A stretch of 33,803 nt of DNA from Bigelowiella natans CCMP2755 (lineage: Eukaryota > Protista > Cercozoa), in contig ADNK01000440.1 in NCBI GenBank assembly GCA_000320545.1, positions 1-33,803 of the forward strand. Reading direction: 5' to 3'. Made by a program: the position numbers and the translations under genes. Under the pieces are notes generated by a model. That model did no database searches. It saw nothing but the letters and a program-made list of their open reading frames with translations, and was not told where the DNA came from. How positions within the stretch are numbered: position 1 is the stretch's first letter; each line of letters begins with the position of its first letter. Shown here piece after piece: positions 25,068 to 33,803 of the stretch.

Positions 25068-25620
25068 AAAGGGTGTTTGAACCTCTTATTACAACTGCGA
25101 AGGCGACGATGACAACCTCATTCACACCTTCATGATACCCTTTTTCTTCAATCGCCCGATCTATTTGGCACTGATTTTTTTGGGGGGTATTTGGCCGCTG
25201 GGCTGTTACCATCTTCTCGTCATCACGGCTATTTGGGCCACCAATGCTCTCGTCGACACACAATTTCGCTTTATTAATTAGCCCACTTTCACTCTGCTCT
25301 CCCCCCTCTCTTCTGTCGTTGCAAAATTCATTCTTGTGAAGAAGAAGAAAAAGGACATGCAACACTTATTCAAACGAAATAAGGCCGAATAATACACTAA
25401 TGGCAGCAAGCAACCTCTGGAGACTGACGCGCAATGAAACGCATGCTACAATTCCTGACGTTTTCCTTATTGGTGTTTGTTTATAATCAGGAGTTAGACC
25501 TTGCATAGGAAGTGAACGCAAGAGGAAAAGAAAAATATATAGATAGTGTATAGCGTAAATTTCGTCCTACATGCTTTTGGACTTAAAAAGATTGGTAGAA
25601 TGAAGATTGTCATAATCATT

Positions 25621-26170
25621 TTGATATCGAAATGCTTATCATGCTAGCATGTCATGCGCTAGTGCGGACATTCATGCACATTTCTAGCTAGCTAGATTTA
25701 GATACATGCTAGCATGGTTGCCTGCGCGTCGAAATTTCTTACTCGTTGCTGGATACATCTTCCTATCTAGCTATGCATGCGTGTGGAAAATATGATGAAA
25801 ATGCACATCACCTACCCAGCTAGTAGCTAGACTAGCTAGATCACCTGTAGTTGCGGCTGTCCTCTATTTCTTGTGTTCTAGCTTTGCGCGACATCTGTCA
25901 CACATCGAAGCGATGATGATGTCTAGTACGCACGCCACACGCTAGCACGTCTCTAGGTCTGGACGTGCTACAGCTAGCTAGTGCGTGCACAACAGCATCG
26001 CACATCCAGCTAGCCAGATGGCTTCCGCTGAAAATTTATTATGAAAGCTAGCAAGCGAGCGCTAGCTAGCTAGAGCGTGTTCTCTAGCATTCTAGAGTCG
26101 TGCACATCGCCTAGACATTTTGGACAAGCTAGCAAGCTAGCAAGAGATGATGTCTGATGTGATCTAGATA
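25621..26170. other. CTAG/GCTAGC-dense spacer between convergent genes
   Basis: About 28 CTAG counted by eye in 550 bp, versus about 2 expected for a random 4-mer. Confidence 0.85.
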
Positions 26171-26326
26171 GATACAGAGTCTGCAAAAAAGGAGATCTTG
26201 ATTGTCATAATGTAATGTGACTGCTCACGAAGAGCACGATTTTTGTTATAACAGTCTAATTGTCCAGCGAAGTTATATTGAATGCGCTCGAGCGATTGCA
26301 CTAGAGAGACCACGTAACACAAATAA

Positions 26327-29300
26327 TTATAGTTTTTCGTGAATAAGTTTGACGGAGGCCATAATTGCTGAACTCAATGCGCCACTCTGGGACTTAACAG
26401 CAACTTGAAATGCAGAACGTTTCAATTGGAATCTGAGACGAAGAACAATCAAAAAACGTCCGGGAACACATTCGTAATAAATATATCTCCCAAAAGTTAT
26501 GAACACGAATATGAGGTATGACCTCACGAGTATTGGCATACGAAGAACATCTTCGTTGCTAGTCCCCTTTCGGGTAGCTTCGAAAATACCTGCGAGATTC
26601 AATAGCCGTTCGGCGTGTGATATGATGGAATCAAAGGATGAGAAAATTTAATGCGAATCACCGGCAAGGCAAAGTACTGTTTTGGGTTTTGCCACAATTC
26701 CACTCATATCGACGATTTTACAGTGAAGTTCTAACCCAATACTCACGTTCAAATCATTTTGTAACTCACATAAACAGCGTTTAATATCATGGATGTAGAA
26801 AACAGAGTCATTTAACTATATTACGATTTGAGAGGGATTCTTTAAAAGAATCGATATCTTCAATGTTACTGGCGAGGTCAACAATAGTCTTGGCCTCATG
26901 AGTCCATGACTTCCAAAGCTCGACAAATTTCTTTCCAGAACATAGATGAGACTTGATGAACTGTGTGACTATGATTGGAAAATTGATGTGGACATCGTTT
27001 TCTTCTCCGCCGAGTGTGAATCTTAGCACAGCACCCAATGGCTGATAAAACACAAGAATTCTCATTAAGAATTCTGATAATTAAAATGTAAATCCCAGAA
27101 GAAAGAATTTACCGTAGCCATAGGTCGATGGCACTGTATGCGGAGAAATTGCCGTTCTTGTTTTTTAGCTTCAACCGTGAGGGGATCATTTGGAACGAGC
27201 GATACAGTAGCGTCTGGAGTTTTTCCAAAACTGCAGCTTAGTTCCTCGATTGGAAGCGTTGATTTATTTCCGTAAAAAATTTTCATCTTCATCTCATGGC
27301 CTGTCTGTTAAACCATCATTTCGATTTAGAGTCCTAATATTTTTTTTACGTGGAAAATAAATTACCCCCACTTGCATCTTGACACCTATTTGAAGTAGAG
27401 GAGAAGAATAGAGATACCCGGAGCCGCTTGCAGATTGAAGTAATGCTTGGAGCTCTTGTTTTGTTTGATCTTCAAATACTTCTTCAACCTCTTCATCCTG
27501 TTTATTTCGGATTAGTGTGCCACTCTCAACAGTTTGAGCTGTTATACCTCATCTTCGTCCTCATCATCTTCATCTTCATCCTCAGTGATCTACATATAAT
27601 GATGTGATGAATGTCCTATATGTTTAGTAATTATTTTTGACCTGGGCTTTTTCTCCCTTCTCTTCGACAATTCTCCTCTTTGATTGAGTTTCAACTCTCT
27701 TCAGGAGCTTTAAACAGGGAGACGTATTAATCACAACATCAGAAATAAATTCCCATCATACATGACATACCATGTTGTCAGATTGATCTCTCTCGAAGGC
27801 AGGCATGACTTCAAAAACGCTTTCAATCAAGTTCTCGTCCACGTTTGAGTTTATTGCACTATACTCGCACGCTCGCTGTTGTATTTCGACATCCGCATGC
27901 ACTTTGTATTGAGAGAAGAGTTTAGACAGCCTAATGCAAGTCTTCATTAGTGAAACTTGTGACTCGATAGCTAAACCGTGTATTACTCAGGTCTGAGATC
28001 TTCAAAAGTATTTGCAAGTTTCACAAATGCAGAAAGAAGCAATGCTTGCGTAGATGGAGAACTTGTGGGAAAATGGCGATTGAGAACATTGAACAAATTT
28101 CTTCCCTACAAAATATGTAAATAGTGACTGTGCGCGCTACTACATCGAAATCTGCTAAAGTGAAGGATAGTGTGTCAAGTTATCTACCGTTATCTTCTTG
28201 CTGAACATTTGGTCACAAAATTCGCCAATAATGTATCTGATAATGCAAGCTCTAAGATATATGGCACTGATAGCTCCAAAGGAACTTACCCCCCGACTTT
28301 AATTCCATTTTCATGGATCTTGCCTTCTAGAGCTTTGTACTGCAGATGATATATTGAGATTGACTGAGTTTCACGTATGGTTTTTGTATTGAAAGGTGTA
28401 CCATAGTCAGAGCAGCATACTTTTGAAGACGTTCATTGTTGGTGACAATTTGTATCACTCGGTACCAAATGTCATCAGAGATGTAGTCACCTTAGTTTAG
28501 AATTTTATACACATGATGTATCTGACAACATAATCCATCTTAATTCTTTTACCCGCAAGTGTGAGAAGTTTTAGGATCACATCAATGTACCTATCAAGAT
28601 TTTGTATCTGAATGAGTTCAGCAATCACTAACTAAGTGTATCTTATCTTACTGTGCAAAGTTTATTTTCTAAATTTTCTTCTGACCATCGTAGATCGGTT
28701 GCAAAGCGTTCCGCAAGAATTGCAATTTTAAGGACCAGCTCTAGTACATAAAAATTACATTATTATTGGCACATCGACATTGTGAATAGGATTTAAACCT
28801 TCTCGAATTTGGTACTCTGCTGCATGTAAAAACACCAAGAGTTCCTGTTCCAGAAGCATTTTGTCATAATCCAACCCTCACGGAAGGTAATTTTATATCT
28901 CACCTGTATTATCTTTGGAGCATTGCTTTCATCACACATGACAAAAAGCATGTCCAAGGCCTACGGAAAAACTTGTTCAGATTCAATGAAACCATTTTAT
29001 CTTTTAGTTACCCTCTTTCGGATGGAGATGTCAAGGTCTTTGTGCAAAGAATATTGAATTGTTGTCAATTGTTCTTGAATTTTGGGCAGTGTACCCTCGA
29101 CCTACAATTCAATAAAATTGTGTAAATAATTTATTTCCCGTGTATCAGCATAACAACGATACTTTTGCTAGCCTTGCCATGCAGTCAAGTCCCAGATATC
29201 GGATATTGGCTTCCTTTAAAGCTACAAACCTTAGTTACAGTACGGCAATTGTAAACGATATTATTCTAAATAGCATTTTTGAGAAACCTGCCAAGCAAAG

Positions 29301-31378
29301 CCGCTGCTTTTTCCAACATAGCCTGGAAAAAATTTGGCAACCAATATCATTTCTAGACGAATCAGGAGATTTGTATAGATACCCTGTTGTGAAATTCGCC
29401 ATTCTGAGCATAATGAATGATTAGATTCAAGCATTCGAAAAGTATTGCATGATCAGCGTTGCTTTTATTTGCCTTTGCCCCCTGCATGAATTCGAATTCA
29501 GAAGATACATTAACGAATGAACTTTTCACGTACCTTGGATGTCTTTTTCTTTTCAGTAGATAAGATCTTGCCGATAGTGTCCTCCAGACGCTTTTTATCT
29601 TCATCACGGCTTGGAAATGGAAAGTATCTGGATTGTAATAACGAATTTTCATTTCTTTTCTTCTCAGCCTTGGAAACACGTGATCGAATTACTGGAGGAG
29701 TCGAAGGCATCTAATCTGTAACCAGGGGCATAGGGTCCCGTAGTACTTGTAGTCGTTATGGGACCGAGTTGCTTTGAAAGCTAGCTAAATAATTCAAAGA
29801 AATGTTAGAACATATTAGATTTTTACATTTTTTTTTAGATTGACGACTGTTTACCTTTTGAAGTAGTCGAATAGTTTTGGGAACAGCATCCTCGAAGACT
29901 GGAGGTACAGGAGGCTTTTGGGTGTAATAACCCACGAGGCCTTATAATAGTAAAACTGAATAAGCTGTGTGAATGAGATGACATGGCAGCCCAAGAATAT
30001 CATTTTAATCGCTAAACATACTTCAAATAGTTCCCCTACCAATTAATAATGTCAGAGCAGATGTGGCTACTCCATACTCGTCTCCAATCATTGCAATAAC
30101 CTAACATGACTTGTAGTTTGAAAAATATGTCATGAAATTAACATTACCGCGCCGCATACCTTTGGAGCTACTGCATCAACTTCAATATTATCTATCATTG
30201 GAACATAATGTTGTTTGAATGTTTGAGTTTTAATACTAAGAAGCTTGAAAACGTACCTGGTGCTCGCTTAAAGAGTTTCAGAAGACATAGACAAGCTTTC
30301 TTTCGAACAATACTCTTGGATGTTCTAAATTCAGAAAATAGAATATTCTTCAGGCTATCCTTACTTAAGGTAACATAAATCTAAAGTATCAGTATTATTT
30401 TGCTTATCACCCGGATGTTAGCAGTAAGCATACATCTTTCCATAATGCGTCCGACATATTTCTCCCTTAGAATTCAAACTCATTATTAAGATGATGTTAA
30501 TATTGAAAATTTCAAATACAGATTACCCCCAACATTCGCCACCATGGATAATGCCAAGCATTGAATAATCTACAGAGATTACTCTTTTATGGAATTTGTT
30601 TAATGCTGTCAAAAAAATAGAGACCTCTGGTGTTTCTTTGTTTAGATCATTTTTAATTGCTTGGGTGATCATCGTCAGCAATTCATGACGTTCGTTGAAC
30701 ATGATGGAACATACGGTGTATCCCTGTTTATACGCTGTAAATATAACGACAAATCTTCTTGATTAGAGACATATCGATTTACTGTTTTCTTTTCGCTGTA
30801 TGTCTTCGCGGTGATTAGCTGCATCGCTTCAACATGACCGATGTCGACATCATATCCCAGAATATAAATGTAAAGTAGCTTCCATGTGTATTTTTTCCTG
30901 CTGTATCTGAGGGGTTTTATGCATATTTTAGATGACTATCCTGCTATGAGATCTTGAAATCAACTTTAGCTTCTAATTTCATTTATTTCTATATTTTTCG
31001 TACGCATCGAGTCTTGCTCCTTTTTGAAATTTGTTCCTAATAATCAATACATCAACGTCACAAGGAGATCAGCGGAGATTGTATGTATAATCACCTGATA
31101 TTGGAGAGCTCCTTTAGAACACGGTTGTGCTCTAACTCCTTACTCGAACCTAAATTTCATGAAATTACTATTAATGTCACAACGTGCACACGGCATGGTT
31201 GCACACATTTACACAACATCTAGATAACAATACAAAGATCAAATTCATTGCAATATGTAAACACAATGCACGCAAATTATATAACGATATCACTGCAACA
31301 ACAATTAAAGGTATCTATCAATAGATAACATTTGCGGATGTCCGTGATGAAGTTAGTCAGGCCTCGCATGCTCGTCAT
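26327..31378 (-). CDS. AP2A: AP-2 complex subunit alpha (alpha-adaptin), copy B; 34 exons / 33 short introns
   Basis: Starts MTSMRGLTNFITDIRKC (31378-31330). Successive GT-AG-bounded exons splice in frame through RKKYTWKLLYIYILGY, PWLQIRCLRLLQ, NADHAILFECLNLIIH, EANIRYLGLD, ELVLKIAILAERFATDLRWY, GDYISDDIWYRVIQIVTN, EIQQRACEY, an acidic hinge and the ear (LQIGVK, FVELWKSW) to KLIHEKL* at 26327. No frameshift or premature stop found. Confidence 0.93.
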
Positions 31379-31496
31379 TGTTGCTAGATGGCTTCCTTCG
31401 ATATCTGTATTTGATTGGATTGATTCACTAGGTAAGACATCGAACAGATTTTGTCGCTGACATGAAATGTCGTCGATTTCAACTTCACCTAGTGTA

Positions 31497-32426
31497 CAAA
31501 GTTCATTGCATGCAAAAGTTCTAGATTTGTGGTCGCTGTGCGAGAGATCTTTCAAAAATTCATGCCGTCTAGGTGGTTTCCATGGGCTTCCTGGGATTTC
31601 AGGTGGATTTCTCGATTGTTTGAAAAAAAGAAGACACCACTCAAATTCAGGTTGAAACGAGATTTTGCAATTTGGATGAAGCCGCATCCAACTTGAAGCG
31701 AGCCTTGAATCTTTCAAACTTGTCACAGTGCTTGTGCGATTGTCAACACGAATCCGCAATCGGCTGGACGTTGGGGACACTGCTAGACTGCATTTGTTCA
31801 TTGATCATTCCACCATCATGCTCCTTGAGTGTGCAAAGTGCAAAGTTTTGCAGAGCAATTGTGTCCAGTTTGGCAACAACACCTGTTTGGCTGTGTCCAT
31901 CAGTCTGTGTTGGCAACTTGCTGCACAATTGAATTCACTTCGTTCGTTCACTCGTTCACCCAACATCTTGTTGAAATGCCGAATTGAATGCAAACCAAGT
32001 GCAATGAATCAATCAACGGAAATGGCATGCCAGCATGCAGGCGGAGGGCACTTTTGGACTTGCTTTGCCAGTTTGGTGTGCTCACTTGTTGTGCTTTTCA
32101 CACGAAGTCAAACAAACCAAGTTGGCAACTCCAACCGGTGCAAATTGTGTGCATCGTCTCACGTCACATGCACACAGAAGCGTGCACGCACGTCTAGACG
32201 TGTTTTGATTCATCGAGCTGTGTGTGACCCACTTGTTTGGACGTGCACGCTGGACGCACCGCTCTCCAGCTCTCATCACGCACCCATTGAATCGATCTGG
32301 ACATGTCTAGATGTTGTGGACAGAGCCCCAGCTAGCCAGCCTCCACGAATGGCACGTGGTCATGATGACGTGCTCAATTCATGGGCCAATTTTCATCAGT
32401 GCTCATCAGCTAGTCAGGGTCAGGTT
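31497..32426. other. Intergenic TpA-void segment (TpA only within CTAG)
   Basis: Manual scan found 7 TpA in 930 bp, all in CTAG (31521, 31569, 31783, 32194, 32307, 32332, 32410). Confidence 0.9.
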
Positions 32427-32715
32427 AGACTGTCCTCTGTAGCACAAAAATGTGATCATGCATGCTAGCATGCGCGATGCTGCGCCAGTTTGCTATTTGA
32501 TGTGATTGCAGCGATTGATCACGAAAGCTGCCATGTCCTTGTCGTCGAGCCATTCTAGCATTCCACGCCATGACACATCTAGACATGCGCTGAATCGCAT
32601 GAGTTTGCTGGATCTTAGGAGAGCGCAGTGTGCATTGTAGTACGATTTTGATTCCAATTTGTGTCATTTTGAATCAGTTTTAACTATTTCACTCTCTACT
32701 TTCTCTCAAAAAGCA

Positions 32716-33643
32716 TCAGCTTGCAAATGAATCTAAAACAGTGTCAAGTCGAGCCTGGATTGTCTCGTAGAGCACGAAGAAGAGAACCTAGGACACATGT
32801 TGCAAGATATCGTGCACTTGCATTAAAACATTGAATACGATAAACTAGAATTTAAGAAAACAAATCATATTTTAATACTTCGTAGAAGAGTAATACACTC
32901 CTGGTTTTGTCGCAGTACACACTTTCACCCATTCTCACCATAGCCGTAGGTACAACGTTTTGCATCATGGACTCGACTATTGAACATGCTTTCTGTGCCA
33001 TTCATACCACTGTGGGGCCTTTATTAAGATAGTTCGCTGAAAATCCGCGCCACATGAAGCTAACGTATGTATAGGTGATAGGGCCAAAAATTACTGACGG
33101 TGCTCAGTTGCAATCCATGTCTGCAAATTGTACACGAACATATACAAACAAACTGCCACAAACAAACTGTATGCACGCACCTAATTCCTTCAGATGCGAG
33201 GCATTTTCTGAAACAATCAGTCATGCTTGTGTAGCGTATGCCTCTGCCAGCTTCGTCAAATGGCTGCGACATCATCCGAGATTTTACCTTAAATTATATC
33301 ATGGGTGCATTTCAACAACAGTCTCCCTACAGCATTCTCAAACAGTACTTACGTGGGTCTCCTATGTTGGCCAAGGTATTTTAATTAGAATTATATCGTG
33401 TATGGTTTGGGAAAAAGAAAATATACGGATGTGCCTACGTACCACATCAAACGGCGAACTAGCAGCGGTAGCACACAGTCCTGCCAGAGCACCCGTTTTC
33501 AAATGTAAGCTAATTCCATCATCTAACCCCTGCCTCCTAAACATTGCTTTGATTTCGTCGTAGGAACCCAGTTCGGCAGCCGCTACTACTGCTGCCCGCG
33601 AAGCCGTTGCACCTACGCCACGATAGAGGCCTCCAAATCCATT
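32716..33643 (-). CDS. Mitochondrial carrier family (SLC25) protein, uncoupling-protein/dicarboxylate-carrier-like; 3' part (5' end outside window)
   Basis: Exons 33643-33443, 33287-33181, 33059-33008, 32787-32716 give GFGGLYRGVGATASRAAVVAAAELGSYDEIK...AGLCATAASSPFDVVKSRMM (P-x-D-x-x-K-x-R signature)...YTSMTDCF...EGISFMWRGFSANYLNKGPTVVLFFVLYE...*. Confidence 0.9.
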
Positions 33644-33757
33644 CTAGCGAGTAGCCCGAGAAGCATAATAGGCGTTAGTGCCATGTTCTCACAACAAGAC
33701 GGATAATAAGCACCTATGTTCTATCTATCACTCTTTGTGCAAATTTTCCCCTTTATA

Positions 33758-33767
33758 TTCCCCCCCC

Positions 33768-33803
<36 letters not shown>
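33758..33803. repeat. poly-C followed by (CT)n, in an intron of the mitochondrial carrier gene
   Basis: Directly visible, runs off the window end. Confidence 0.9.

Noticed and set aside
31728-32468. 246-aa Cys/His-rich ORF on the + strand, and overlapping ORFs on both strands
   Set aside because: No recognisable motif and no Tyr. Open frames are expected because TAA/TAG stops are nearly absent in the TpA void.
1-33803. Transposons, Introner-like repeated introns, tRNA/rRNA genes
   Set aside because: No transposase/RT motifs, terminal repeats or RNA-gene signatures seen. The 33 AP2A-B introns show no obvious similarity to one another by eye, though an all-vs-all alignment was not possible.

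Overview
Eukaryotic (protist-like) nuclear DNA with GT-AG spliceosomal introns; most ORFs in the six-frame track are microsatellite or intron artefacts. Splicing by hand gives six genes: (1) the 3' end of an EF-hand protein ending in a CaaX-like motif (+, to 1517); (2) AP-2 alpha-adaptin copy A (-, 6601-2910; 7 introns all in the 5' third, one 1.9-kb terminal exon, one apparent +1 frameshift near 3896); (3) a stand-alone voltage-sensor-like 4-TM protein (+, 7870-9403); (4) a ~14-kb, ~40-exon gene fusing two RGS-like domains to a complete tripartite DENN module (+, ~11191-25067); (5) AP-2 alpha-adaptin copy B (-, 31378-26327; 33 short introns); (6) the 3' part of a UCP-like mitochondrial carrier (-, ends 32716). 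The most unusual signal is intergenic: spacers downstream of gene 3' ends are enriched in CTAG, and in 31497-32426 (930 bp) TpA occurs only inside CTAG while CpG is retained. This suggests a context-specific TpA->CpA/TpG mutational or base-modification process. Exon structures and counts were done by eye with no database search.
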